Shown in pieces: positions 1-13,558 of a stretch of 64,000 nt of DNA. Within the stretch, counting starts at the first letter, position 1, and the number at the start of each line of letters is the position of its first letter. Location: the NCBI RefSeq assembly GCF_009914755.1, contig NC_060927.1; one strand, written 5' to 3'. The notes under the pieces were generated by a model. It did no database searches and was not told the origin of the DNA. It saw only the letters and a list, made by a program, of their open reading frames with translations. The stretch comes from the human T2T-CHM13v2.0 reference genome, Homo sapiens. The position numbers and the translations under genes are program-made.

Positions 1-131
1 TAATGTAAATGACGAGTTAATGGGTGCAGCACACCAACATGGCGCATGTATACATATGTAACAAACCTGCACATTGTGCACATGTACCCTAGAAGTTGAA
101 GTATAAAAAAAAGGTAAAAAAAAAAAAAAAA
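1..131 (+). mobile_element. L1PA 3' UTR end and poly(A); the element extends upstream of the window
   Basis: Sequence 'taatgtaaatgacgagttaatgggtgcagcacaccaacatgg...catgtaccctagaa' followed by an A-rich tail. Confidence 0.95.
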
Positions 132-3100
132 TCACCATTGTTTCTATTTAAGAAAGTCCAAAGAGATCCTCTATGAATGTCTATTTACTCACTCATTCTA
201 TTATTCATTACAAATGTATACTGAGTGCTGATGTATACAAAGAATACAAATAGAAAACAATGCTACTACCTCCAGGAAAATGGTAATCTAGCATTCATTC
301 ACCAAAAATGTTTTGTGCCATGAATTGTACTAGGGCTTTAGGAATATAATGCCTGAATGAAACATGATAACTGATCTCAAATATCTCACAGCTAGTAGAA
401 AAAAACATTTATAGATGGTTAGAATGCAGTTTTATTTATACAAAATGAATGCATAAAGTATGGAGAAAAAGAGTAATGCATTTTCAACTGTCCTTTTGTT
501 CTATAATGAAAAGTGTCTAGAATATTTTTTTAAAAATTTGTAATCCTAATCATAAGGAAAGTTTTAACTGAACTAAAATTAAAAGGGTAAAACAATTTCA
601 TAGCTCTTTCTTCTGCACTTTTCATGAATGAGATGATTAAACTGTAGATGAATCTGTCCTGATCATATAAGAAGCAGGAAATGAAAATGCTGCATTGGGT
701 CAGAGGCTTGGAGGCAGGAAGTCAGGAACCCCAACCTGACTTAGTCAGGTTTAATCACTGTGTGTCCACTGGCACGCTGTCAAACCCCTTAATTTCTGTG
801 CCTGTAAAACAAGGCAGTTAGACTAAATGATGTTTAAGGCTCTTTCCATTTACATTATCTTCTCACTCTCAGGTTGTGTCAGTACTGAGAAGGGGTTAGC
901 TACAGGAAGGCTTATGTGTCCTATTAGATCAGTCCTTACATCAACATGATGACTTTTTATAAGTTGATTATAAAAGATGAAGCTACGCACATCTCTGTGC
1001 ACAAATGGTCTATCTTATAAGTTTATTCATCTGATAAGAGTCCTGTAATTTGCCTCACTAACCTGCTTTGTTAGGTTCTTTATGAAAAGAGTTAGAGCTA
1101 TTGGAATATGTAGGAATCTCTGCATGAAGTAAATCTTTAGGATAAATTATGCATTAGAAAAAAAAAATCAACTTAGTCTATGATCACAGGCCAAAATATC
1201 AAATTCAAGTTCAATGACATTACTGCCTTTTGACATGACTCATCATAAATCATGAGTAAATTTATGAATCAACTGGACATCAAATTGAAAGAACATTTGA
1301 CTGACTGTCTTCACAAATGAGTGTTTAAGATTTACATTCCAAGTATTCCAATGGAGGCCCAGGTTTATTTCAGACACAGACATCCCACTCTGATAAAGGA
1401 ATCATCTGATTATGATAGTCTAATAAAAAGACCAAAAGTTGTACTTATTCCTTTCCCAAGCTCTTTTCCTATTTCCCATTTTACTTGAATTATTCATTTA
1501 CAAAACCAGATTTTAAAATACATTACTACACTTTTCTCAACAAACTATCAAACGTTTCTGTGAGATACATTTATAAAAATGTTTATAAACAAAATTATTG
1601 CAATAAAATTTGCTAAAAATTCTGTTTTATGAAGAGACACAAAAATTTGAAACCCTTAAAAAATCATACTGGCATTTATCTGGTTTTCCTAATTGGACTT
1701 AGATTTTAGACAAAGAAATGCAATATTATAACAGCAACTGGACAAAAGAAAGCACTTAAGTTCTTGTCCTAACAATGCCCCAAATCTAACGATTACAGAG
1801 TGAGTTCTACAGTCGTTTAAAACACAGTCCATAGAGAAGTATACATGTATGTTAATAACAAATGACTGGTCAATTTAATACTAAACTATTTTCATGATAT
1901 GCTGAACAGCCCAGTAGATGAGATTCTTGTTTCTTACTTTAACATGGTCAGTTTCAGAAGGATACTATTGGCAATGAAGAGAAAATTATTTCAAGCAATG
2001 TGTAGCAGTGTCAAAGGGCAAGAGAAAGTGAAATATGAAAAAAATGAAGTGGGATGGTTTAACCAGAGAAAATGTAAAAATGAAGTGGCTAAGACTAAAT
2101 AAACTGTTTCCCCTTGCATTTACACATATTTCTTGATTCCCTCCCTCCACCCACAATTCAGCAACAAACTTATTCAGTGGCTCAAGGAAAAGGAAAGGAG
2201 AGAACAGTAGTCTTATTTCTGGCTTTTGAATTCCAAAACCTTGGACTCAGAGGACAAAACGAAAGAATTATGATGAGAAAACAATCCATAAGAAACCTAG
2301 TAAAGTTAAATGACTAAAATAGACAGGAAGTGTTGCCACAATTAGAGAGGTCAGAGGGAGGAGATCATGCCTAAACTTCCAGGTACAGGCAAGTATCTAC
2401 ACTCCACAGCCATCTCTTCTGCTTGTACATTGAGGGGAAGGAGAGAACCCTGGAGTGTTGCTGCTTCTCTAGACTATCCCTGGTAATTGGGACACAGACT
2501 CACCTCAAGGGTTCTCTCCTTCCCCACGATGTACAAGCAGAAGACATGGCTGTGCAGGGCAGGTAGGCAGTCCTCAGATGGTCTCCTCTTTGAGATCTCT
2601 GTGACACTACAGGGCTCAGGGGTACAAAATGTTTCCTTTGTTCACAGAGCAGAACAGAAATGGCCCAGACAGTCAGCTGTTGGGGTGGGTATAAAGAAGG
2701 ACCCAACTGTTACCACTAAGACCAAAGGGGAATGTGATCATTCGATCAAATGCTGATGTGGGCAACTGACACTATACAAAACTAGATGCACTCTCCCAAT
2801 GATTTGGCTCTATGTAAGTCTCCAGTAACTTATATCATCCCCAGATAAAGGCAGCTGGTGAGGTGGAATGTTACATTTTCTGAAATTTTTTCTATCTTTA
2901 CATTAAACTGAGTCTCATATTGGAAAAATGTAATTCACATGGAAATATAAAGTTCATATTTCTTGTACAATGAGGTTTTCTTCATTTTTTTTGGACTGAG
3001 ATTTATATCTGCTACATGGGATGAGTTCTGTCTGATTCTGACTTAGTACATGCATTGGCCTCAGATGCAGCCTAAGTAGAGGTGGTCCAAGACTGGAGTA

Positions 3101-3254
3101 GAGGAGGAGCGGAGAGGTGCAATGGCCACCCTGCTATATAATTCTGCAGCTCTCTCTCTGACTGGATCTCAGAGCTCCTGCACATGTATTCTGTGTGCAT
3201 ATGGCTGAACTGCAGCCACATTTTGGCATAAGCATTTTACAGACATTATCTCTT

Positions 3255-3400
3255 TCCTCACTGCAACCCTTTCCTCATTGTTAGTAGACAGATGAGGAAA
3301 TGGAGGATCAGAAAGTTACAAAATTATTCAAGTTCGCGCAATTACTAAGTAAGGATGTGCACCTGAATCAGCCTGGCTCTGAAGCCCATGCTATTTCTAA
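3255..3400 (-). mobile_element. MIR fragment (approximate bounds)
   Basis: MIR core-like 'cagatgaggaaatggaggatcagaaagtta...ttcaagttcgcgcaattactaagt'. Confidence 0.55.
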
Positions 3401-4446
3401 CCCCCAGGTGGCCTCCATGGCAGGGTGCAGAATCAATTTTCAAGGAAATGTGACTGACTGGAAAAAAATGAGTCCTAGATTTTAAGAGAATCTTTTTTAT
3501 ATAATTTATCCCAAGGGGGAATGTAAAAGGGGACTTCTTACTTTGTGAGTGTGATAATGCCAGAAAAGGTTTTTTCCCCCCTATTCACTCATTCTACAGA
3601 TATTTTTGAGCACCTATGATATGCTAGGTGCTGTATTCCCAATAAGGTTACAGCTGTAAGCTCCCACTATGGAAGCCACCCTAGTGCCAGACCCTTACTC
3701 AGGGCACATATTTAAAGCCACGAACATCCCTCCTTCCCTCAGAGCTCTGTTTAGGGAGACCAGAACTGCTTTACAGCACCAGGAGGGAGCAGGCATGGAG
3801 GAAAGGAAGCAGACTCACTTCTCTGAGGAATGAGGATCTCCTAACTAGTCTCCTTACCTCAGTTTATCCTCTTTTCCTATCTGTTTTTACTTCTTTCTGC
3901 TAGGATTTTGTTTCTAATACATATATTTCACTACTTACTCAACTGCTTTCCAGACCCCATATGAAGTTCATAGTCTTTAGCGTGGGTTCACGGCCCTTAG
4001 CTATCTGCCCTGACATCTCTCCTCCAACCTGTCCCTACTTCAGTTACACTGTAGTACTCCTCGTTTCCCCCAACAACTTGTGCATGCTGTTCTCATAGTG
4101 TTCTCCTTAGTCTTCCATTGCATGCATTTTTCAAATGTTTTTCAAATGTGAGGTCATCTAGGAAATCCTTCAGGATCCCTCTCTTCCTTTATGGAATCAA
4201 TAATTCCTCTTTCCAATTCCATATAGCTATTGTGTCACACTTCTACCAAAGTACTTACCACATTGATTATATTAAATGGACAATACTGATCAGGAGAATT
4301 AGGGGAAATCCATGGCATGGAAGAATAAAAAGTTTCAGAATTAGAAGAGATGCAATGTGGAAAGTCAGTGAATTCAAAGGAACATGTATATATCAGGAAC
4401 ATCTTAGAGAAACACATCAAAAAAAGATTTTAAAGGGAGAAGCTGA

Positions 4447-4750
4447 GGCTGGGTGACGTGGCTCATGCCTGTAATCCTAGCAATTTGGGAGGTCAAGGTG
4501 GGTGGATCACATGAGGTCAGGAGTTCGAGACCAGCCTGGCCAACATGGTGAAACTCCATCTCTACTAAAAATAAAAAAATCAGCTGGGCATGGTGGTGGA
4601 TGCCTGTAATCCCAGCTACTCAGGAAGCTGAGGCAGGAGAATCGTTGAACCCGGGAAGCAGAGGTTGCAGTGAGCCAAGATTGCACCACTGCACTCCAGC
4701 CTTGGTGACAGAGCGAGACTCCATCTCAAAAAAAAAAAACAAAAAAAACA
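4447..4750 (+). mobile_element. AluS, full length
   Basis: Dimeric Alu with A-tail; flanking direct repeat aaag(g)gagaagctga ending at 4446 and recurring at ~4750-4763. Confidence 0.97.
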
Positions 4751-7700
4751 AAGGAGAAGCTGAAGACTATTTATAAACATATTGCCAGGAGGTATCCTGA
4801 CGTGCCCTGAGAACACTATCGGACCTCATGTTACAGACAGGGCTGAAATTCTCAAGGTCCACAGTCAGTCTCCTTGGTAATAGACTCCTTCACCATGTCA
4901 TGGGCATCATAATGGGAAAAACCACTTGCAAATGAATTGGTAATCAGAGTTGGAGCTATATGTGATCTAGTTATCTTCACCTTTTAACAAAGGTCTGGAG
5001 AGATTTGAAGAGGTTTGTACCAAAAACAATGAGATCCTGAAGGATGAATATTAGATTATATATAATAAAAGGGCACACTTTGGTCTGCATATTCAAGATA
5101 TTTTTGGGGAACATTGCATATCTGTTATTTCTCCATGTACATTTGTTGATGAGAATACTAAGTCAGGTATTTACTAATTACCAGGTATTTATTCAGCACC
5201 ATGATATCTCACCTACTCTACTCATTAGTCCCACTGCCAGGAAAAATAATACTTAAACCAGAGTGTTGCTTAAGCATTTTACATAATTTCTTTTCTTACC
5301 ACAACTGGAAATGGTGGAAGTCCATTCCCCTTGTGACCTAAGTTGGGTTGGGGACTGGAACCCACCACTTAAATTTCTCAAGAGGTCAAAAAATTGGCAC
5401 ATAGGCAAGGTGCAAGGTTGTTTCTGCAGAGACACTAGCAACACAACTTGACCTGCACTAAGGGAAATGCAGAGAAACTAGAATAGTGCCTGGCATAAAA
5501 AAATGCAGGGATAGACTAATGCCCATGATGGGGTGTTGGAAGGAGATGCAACATTTAAACCAGTAAACATTTGCTTTATTACAGAGACAGATCCAAAATA
5601 GAGAGAAACTTTCACAGCCCTAAAAAAATCTGGGGATATCCTCATGAATGAATAGAACTGGAGTTATCTTCAGAAGTGTGGAAAAAGATAAAGATGCCCA
5701 AGGTCCACGACCAAAAAGAGTCTACAAGCAAGGTGTGGTCAAAGTGATAAGAGTCTAAAAAGACCAAGGGAGAGAAGAAAACTTGCAGAGAACTAGCAGA
5801 TCATCATAGTAAACTCTGCTCAGGCCATTTTGGTACTGGAAATGACAGAGAAGCCAGAAATGGTAGCCATGCCATGCCATGTCATGCCATTTTCAATGAC
5901 AAAAGAAGGAAAGAGTTTTCCCTTTCTCTTCCTAGTCCCCAAGGAGAGCGGCTGTAAATAGTAGTATATTAGCTATGACAACTGGCAAATAGCTATGCTG
6001 TCCCTATGTCATGGCTGCTTCTGTGGGTACCATTGTGACCCCAGCATGAGTCAAGATGATTATCAGAATGTCTAGCAGATTACCCAGGCCTTGCACCTGG
6101 ATCAATGGGCTGCCCTAATGAAGGATATCAAAAATGAAGGGGCAGCTAAAGAAAAATAAAAGACACCTCAGAAAGTAGCCTGCCTCTTTGACAAGGGACA
6201 TGCCTTCAGAGGAACATAACAGAAACCTCTGAGAATTGTCAACAATAAAAAGACTGAGCAACAAGGGAAACTGGTAGGAAGCCAAAGGTTTTAAGAGGTG
6301 AGAGTGGAGAAATGCTGTGCTTTTATTGATCCTCTCCAAAGGAACACCTTTAAAAAAGGTTAGTTGCAAATAAAGTGTTTTAAAGAAGAAAAGTTTTGAA
6401 ATTGTAAGTGCAGTGCTAGTTAGAAGACAAAATTTTAAACTTTTTAAAAAAATTTTTAATGTGTGTGGCTTAAATCTCTGTCCTTACAGATAACAAACTC
6501 TAGACTTTGAGATTCTGTGAGTTTATAGAAGAATGAAAGTCAACTGGATTCAAATTAATATTCAGGATTTCATTCCTCCTAAATGGAAACATAGCATTTC
6601 CATTTGTAAAACAATAACTAAATGTTTCTGAAACCTCTTTGCAAAACAAACAAGAGAGATTAGAATTTGGGCTATGCTTATAAGAATTGTTTAAGTTATA
6701 TATTTTTTCATTTTTATGGACCATTGTAATTGATCTGTTGTTATAAATTGACTTATATTTTAAATCCTTATTTTTGTGTGTTTGGCTTAAGTTTGTTTTT
6801 AGAAAGTTAACCAGATTAAAGAGTAATAAAAATGGGTAATACAAGAAAATCATTGCATGACACTCTGTGTTTAACAATGATTATCTTATAAATGTCCTTC
6901 AAAGCTGAAGTTTTTGGGAAAAATCATTTAGGGAATATTTTGGAATCTTCCTTTGGAGTGTATAGAATCTGTGGCTCTGGCTGAGAATGGGTCCTGGTCA
7001 ATCTTCTCACCATCTCTAATAAAATAATTTTAAAGAGATTTACAAGTAAAAAAAGGTTATTTCTTTGAAAATTTTAAACTATTAAAAATTTAAACCTTTA
7101 AATTTAAGGCTAAAGAAAGTAAAAGTGGTAGAAACTTAGATAAAATTAGATAGGTTAGGTTGCTTTTTAATTGAGGATTTCTTTAGCTCATTGTCCAAGT
7201 TGAATAGAGAAGTACTTTTTGGAAAGGGTAGAATAATTTGTATAATTTTTAAAGGAAGTTATGTGATTTATATAACCAACATGTAACACACATAGATAAC
7301 ACAGATAATGCTGTACTTTATAGCAGTTTCAAATATAGACTAGTACATATCAATATTCTCTGGTCAGGTTTCCAGAGATCAATTTAACCTGGTCTCCAGA
7401 AAAAAAAAATTAAGACAAGATGGACAATATAGTTTTAAAATTACATTTAAAAATAAATATTGAACTTCTTCCAATCTGGAAATCAAATTAACACAAACAA
7501 TTCAATTACCATAATGGTGCAATGAGAAAATATGACTTAAATCAACTATGGAAGCTCACTCTGCATTGTCTGGATCTCAGATTCCTGCATTCTCTCAGTG
7601 GGAAAGGCTACACCTGAACTCAGATCCTCAGACTTGTGACTCTTTTCCCCAAGCAGAAGGGTGTGAAACTTCCCACAGGCTTCAAGTTCTCCAGATGCTG

Positions 7701-8114
7701 GGCAGCTGAATTTCACAGAAATCTGAAAATAGCTGCCATCTATACTCAGACTGTTTGGCACCCAAATAGTTTGTCCCTCTATGACCCCACTCCCAACTCA
7801 TAAGATTGCTTTCAGGGGCCTCGTCTCTTGAATATAACCCTCCTACATATGGCCCTTTGCCCCAGATTGCTTTTCTGTAAGATGATGAGAGGACAGGGGT
7901 CTGTACTCCCCTTCATACTGGTTCCCACATCCTAAGTTTTTTAATAAAGCCTTTTCCTTAATGTGTACCAAGTGATGAAAACTTGACCTTTGCTACCTTG
8001 CATAACAATCCTCTAAGAACATTTTATATACAAAGAACAATTGGAGTCTATGGTAAAGGGGTCTATTCAGTAATCACATTGGCGTGAAAAGAATATAGAT
8101 TACTTCCTTGCCAT

Positions 8115-9190
8115 GACTTGCACTCATTATTCACAGATTCCATGGTTACAGATTCACCAACCTGTTAAAATTTATTTGTAACCACCAAACCAATACTCAA
8201 AGATGTGTTCATGGTTATTCACGGACATGCAGAGAATAGCAAAACATTGGAGTCCACTGACATTCATATGCCCAGCTGAAGCAGAACAAAGAAACCCTCT
8301 GTTTCCCTGTTTCAGCTCTCATACTGTAAACAAGTGTCCTTTCTGTGGTTTATTTAGTGCCACACTTTTCACATTGTTGTGATTTTTGCTGGTGACTTTG
8401 CTATTTACAATAGTCCCCAAGCATAGTGTTAGATTGCTGTCTAATGTTTCTAAGAGAAAGAAGGCTGTGATGTGCCTTATGGAGAAAATAGATGTGTCAG
8501 ATAAGCTTCATTCAGGCATAAGTTATAGGACTGTTGGCCATGAATTCAGTGATAATGAATCAGCAACACAGGACACCTACAAAAAGAAATAGAAAATTTG
8601 CTGATCTGTTTATGAAACCACTCTGGAAGTGTTAAAGTAATATCTACAGTGAATGATGAAATTATGAAAAAGAGGAAAAGTAATTAAATTTGTGGATTCA
8701 TGAGATGACAACCTATTTTTAAAAAACAAAGTGGACAACACTGTTGTGAGTCTGAAAGCCAAAGAAATTTATGATCATATTACCCAGAGTCAGGAAAGTG
8801 TTTAACCCTTCTTAGCTAGGTTGGCTGGCTCACATGTTTTAAAAGGCAATACAAAGTCAAAAAAGGCTAAGCTTGCAGACAAGGCGGGTTCCGCAGATCA
8901 GGAAGGTGCAGAAGAATTTTTAAAATAACTGCTAAATGTGATACAAGTAGAGGGTTATGTAGAAAAGCAGTTTTTCAATGCTGATTAGACTGGCTTGCTT
9001 TACAAGGACTCTGGCAAACAAATCTATATAATGCAAATGGCATTCCAGTTGGCAAAAATATTACGATCAGAGGCTCATAGGAACTTAACCTTACATTTTC
9101 CCTATGAGCAACAGTTCACTATTTGCTAATTCAATTGTTTGTGATGACTCTGTAGAACATTACTGACTCAAATAAAAAGAATAAACTATA
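8115..9190 (+). mobile_element. TcMar-Tigger DNA transposon, MER82-like, with an internal transposase remnant
   Basis: MER82-type ends ('tcattattcacagattcc...' and '...ggaacttaacc...tgtagaacat'); ORF 8386-8592 reads like a Tigger N-terminus (KRKKAVMCLMEKIDVSDKLHSG). Confidence 0.75.
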
Positions 9191-9524
9191 TCAAAGTCAG
9201 TGTAGTAGAGATGTGGTTTTCATTTAAATGCATAGTTGCTAAAATGGTTCTGCTGAGTTTAGCCTGTCTTTATGGAATAGGAGTATTTCATCAACCCTGA
9301 GATCTTTTGTCTCCCTCTTGGCTAATGGGTGTTTCTCAACCCTTTAACATTCAAAGGGAGCTGGGCCTATTGCTGCAATACAGGCAGTTAGTAGTAGTAA
9401 GTACTTTACTGAGGATAAGTAGATGCCCTTAACTAGTGAAACAATATGCTCAAATGAAAGTCTCCTGTGTGAAAAAATCTGAACACTATATACACATTCA
9501 AATTTTGGAGGAAACCCCAAAACT

Positions 9525-9564
9525 GCACACACACACAAGCATATATATGTACACACGTGTATAC

Positions 9565-9598
<34 letters not shown>

Positions 9599-9604
9599 GT
9601 ACAT
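9525..9604. repeat. Compound (CA)n/(TG)n/(TA)n microsatellite
   Basis: Directly visible in the sequence. Confidence 0.9.
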
Positions 9605-9644
9605 GAGAGGTGACTGACATGTCCATGTTATTGGAAAAGATATA

Positions 9645-10008
9645 TTAACAGAATACCACAGACTGGGTAATTTATAAATGGTAATCTGTAGGCTCACAGT
9701 TCTGGAAGCTGTGAAGTCCAATATTAAGGTACAGACAGGTTTGGCAATTCTGATTTCAAGATGGTGCCTTAATTGCTGTGTCCTCTGAAGGAGAGAAAAG
9801 CTTCATTCCCACGTAGTGGAAGGCAGAAAGGCAAAGAAGCAATAGGAGGTCAAGCTTGCCCCTTTTGTAATGGCATTAAACCCACCCAAGCAGGCAAAAC
9901 CCTCATGGCTTATTGTTTCCTAAAGAGCCCACCTCTTAATGCTGGTATAATGGCAATTAAATTTCAACAAGAGTTTTGGAAGGGACAGCACCCCACACAA
10001 GGCAGAAT
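9645..10008. mobile_element. MaLR LTR (MST/MLT1A-like)
   Basis: 'ataccacagactgggtaatttataa...ggctcacagttctggaagctgtgaagtcca' and '...cccacctcttaat...aatttcaacaagagttttgg'. Confidence 0.8.
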
Positions 10009-10399
10009 GTAAGTACATGCAAACTGTATGCACACACCTCTTTATCTCTGGTCATAAGAGGTAGGAGAGGTCATTCCTCACCACTGCCTCCCCTACCTCC
10101 TGTAGAACCATGATATCCCACAAATTCAACATGGATATATTTAGTTATAAAATTTACAATCCATGGGGTTATAATGGAATATAATGCTTAGAGTCAACAA
10201 ATATGTATATCCTTTTTCTAAACTACTTAACACTTATTAAAGTACACCAAACATAGTTTAATGAAAAGATAAAAGTCTTTCAGTTAGAAGGAAGTAGATT
10301 TAAATAATGGCTCCCTGATAAGGATTTTTACCAAGTTAAGAAATGTCTATTGATGTCAGTATTATCATCTCTAAAAGTATAGTACTACACTTCTACCTT

Positions 10400-11270
10400 T
10401 GGCTATGTTAAGCTTGAGATGCTCATTAGACATCCAATTTCATATATATATATATGTCTCCAATTAGATGGGTAAGCAACTGGAAGGTAAGCAACTAGAA
10501 TTGTGAGTCTGAGATAAAGGGGTAGATCTGGGTTGGAGATACATTTGGATATTGTCAGAACATAGATAACAACACTATGGGACTTTTATGGCATCTCTTA
10601 AGCAATGACTGTGGATAGAGAAGAGGCCATAGGACAAAGCTGAGGTACTCTAATATTTAGGAGTTGGGAGGATAAAAGGAATTCAGCAAAAGAATCTTTT
10701 AAAAAAGCAGTCCATAGATAGAAATAAAACAAAATGTTAGTGATATCACATAAGGCAGGTGAATAATGGGTTTCAAAAAGGAACAACTGCCAATTGTGCC
10801 AAGTACTGATGAGAGGTTAAACAAAATGAGGACTAAAAAACTGATCTTTGTATTTGGATATGTACGGATCACTGGTGATGAGCCCTGGTGATTCTGACAA
10901 GAGCAATTTTGGTAGAATGTGGGAACAAATGCCAGATTGGATAGAAGAAGAATAAGATGGCAAGTATGGACAACTCTTTCAAGGAGTGTTTTGTAAAAGG
11001 CTGCAAAGAAATGAGGCAGAAGTAGGGTGAGGGCTGAAGGAAGGATTTTTTTTAAGATGAGAGATATAACAGTATAGCAATGATCTAAAAAGATCAACCC
11101 TGATAATGTAGGAGGCAAGGAGGACAACTGCAGAAATAAAGTACCTGAACTTTGTCAGGTTCTAGTAGTGGGCAGTTTGGGCTCTGGACAGGAGTAATGG
11201 CAGTTTATTCCTCATAATAGGAGGAAGGAAGAATGTTTGAAGACAAACACAGATACCTTGTTGATTTGGT
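10400..11270 (-). mobile_element. L2 fragment (approximate bounds)
   Basis: L2-like motifs 'ttgagatgctcattagacatcca' and 'gtatggacaactctttcaaggag'. Confidence 0.65.
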
Positions 11271-11559
11271 GGTGGGCAGAGAGAAATTAAACTATGCTTG
11301 GTATACTTTATTAAGTATTAAGTAGTTTAGAAAAGGGATATACATATTTGTTAACTAAACATTAGTAGAAAATATAAATTCAAGTATGTCTGTTTGAAGT
11401 TAAAAGGTAATATGAAATTAAAAACTTTTTAAACCAGAGGGAAAAATAGTTCTCAGAAAGTTCATTCAGTTGACAAAAGACTAGAAAAGGTAAAAATAAT
11501 GAACTGAGAGATGTGATATTAAACCCTCAACTCATTTCTGAGACTAGTATAATTCTGCT

Positions 11560-13000
11560 ACCAAACTAGATGAAAGTCAACATAAGGAAAGACAAATATC
11601 ATAAAAGTAGATGCAAACTTGAGACCAAATGTTAACAAATTGTATGCAGTCAGTAAAAGAATCATAAGGAATAGGCAGGCAGGATTTATCCCAGAAATAC
11701 AAAGATAATTAAACATTACAAAACGTACCATGTAATCTATGATGTTAACCAACTGAAAAATAAAATTATGTAACAACTTAAATCATGTAAAATATGTAAC
11801 AACTTAAATCATGTAAAATATGTAACAACTTAAATCAACTTAAATTACATATTTGTTATATAATTTTCTATTTGTTATACATTAAGTTGTCCTATATTAG
11901 GTTTTTGAAATACATATATATATATTTGATAGAAATCAAACACCGAAAGCATATTTTAAAACTTTTAGTAAACTAAGAATGGAAAGCAAACTTCTTGATT
12001 TTATATAGGGTAACCATCAGAAACTTTAGCAAACCATTTTTTACACTGAAACTCTAAAGGCATTGCATTAAAGCCAGGAATAAAACCAGGATGACACAGT
12101 CATTCAACTGTTCAACATTGTAATACAATCTCCAGCTAATGCAATAAGATCTGGAACAGGAAGGAGTGAATAAATAAATAAAGAAGTTGAAAAAGTATAC
12201 GTATTGAAAAGGAATGGATAAAACTGTCAATTTTTACAGGCAATATTAAGAGTTAACCTAGGAAACACAAGAGAATCAACAGACAAACCTATTCACAATA
12301 GCAACAGAAACCACAAAGTACCTAGGAATAAACCTAACAGGAAAAGTACAAAATATTTATGAACAAAACTGAAAAAAATTTACTGAAATATGTAAAGAAT
12401 GATTTGATAAGTAGAAATATATTGGTAGACAGAAAGATTCCTTTGGAAGGATATCAGTATTCCCAGGATTAACTTATAAATTCAATCCAGTCCAATCAAA
12501 ATACCATAAGAGTTTTGGTTTTTGGCAAAATTTTTAAAATTCAAAATGAACAAGAAAAGTCATAATCATTTTTAATATAAATAAGAGAGATATCTGTCTA
12601 TACCAGTTAGCCATTAAGACAAGTTCTAAAACCAAAGAAATTAATATAATACAGTAGTTTATAAGAACAAATCAGTAAACACAATAGGTCATCCTGAAGC
12701 AGAACCATGTATGTAAATGAAGAGATATTAAATAAGATAAAGGTGGTATCCCAAATCATGTTAGTTCCCAACCTTATAGTATTCTTCAAAAATGAGAGAA
12801 AAATATAAGTAAATATGTTATATTATACAGCAGTTAAAATGACTCATAGATGAGTAAGTATGAGTTCAAATATATCCTTTCTAAGACATATTGTGAAATC
12901 AAAGCAAGATGCAGACAAACACAGAAAAAGTGAAAAATTACAGATTTCTATGAATGCATTTTGGTCGGTGCAAAGAAAAAGATCTGGAAGGAATATACCA
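11560..13000 (+). mobile_element. Degenerate old L1M ORF2/3' fragments
   Basis: Decayed ORF2 motifs 'caggatttatcccagaaatacaaaga' and 'aagtacctaggaataaacctaaca'. Confidence 0.65.
11767..11837. repeat. 26-bp tandem repeat, about 2.7 copies
   Basis: Unit tatgtaacaacttaaatcatgtaaaa at 11767, 11793 and 11819 (partial). Confidence 0.95.
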
Positions 13001-13059
13001 AAGGGATAACAACAACTTATTTCGAGAAGGAGGTACTGAATAAGAATTTAAAGATAGGA

Positions 13060-13558
13060 AAAAGAATCCTCCTCTCAAAAAATGTCCACATTCTAATCCC
13101 TGGAACCTATGAATATGTTAAGTTACATGGCAAAGGGGAATAAAGATTGCAGGTGGAATTAAGGTTGCTAATCAGCTGACTTTGAGATAGATTAATCTAG
13201 ATTATCTGGTCTGCTCAGTGTATTTACAAAGGTCTTTTAAAGTGGAACAGGGAAGTACAAGAGGGAGGATGAGACAGATAGCAACATGAGAAGGATTTGA
13301 CTCAATGTCGCTGGCTTCAAAGATGGAGTAAGGAGGAAGGAAGTTAAGAAATGTGGGCAGCTCCTACAAACTAGAAAAAGCAAGGAAATGGATTTGGTGC
13401 TGGAGTCTCCAAAAGGAATGCAGCTAACACCCTAGTTTTACCCGAGTGAGAGCTGTTTCAGCCTTTTGATCTCCAGAACTGTAAGATAATAAATTTTTAA
13501 TGTTTAAGCCACTAAGTTTTTGTTAATTTGATATGGCAGCAAAAGGAAACTAATGCAA
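13060..13558 (+). mobile_element. MLT1D-like MaLR solo LTR
   Basis: 'gtccacattctaatccctggaacctatgaatatgtta...ggaattaaggttgctaatcagctgac...ctccagaactgtaagataataaa...ggcagcaaaaggaaactaatgca'. Confidence 0.85.

Noticed and set aside
4820-7970. Possible decayed LTR/ERV-like sequence (also 2100-3200)
   Set aside because: The composition is suggestive, but I could not recognise a family, ORF or paired LTRs.
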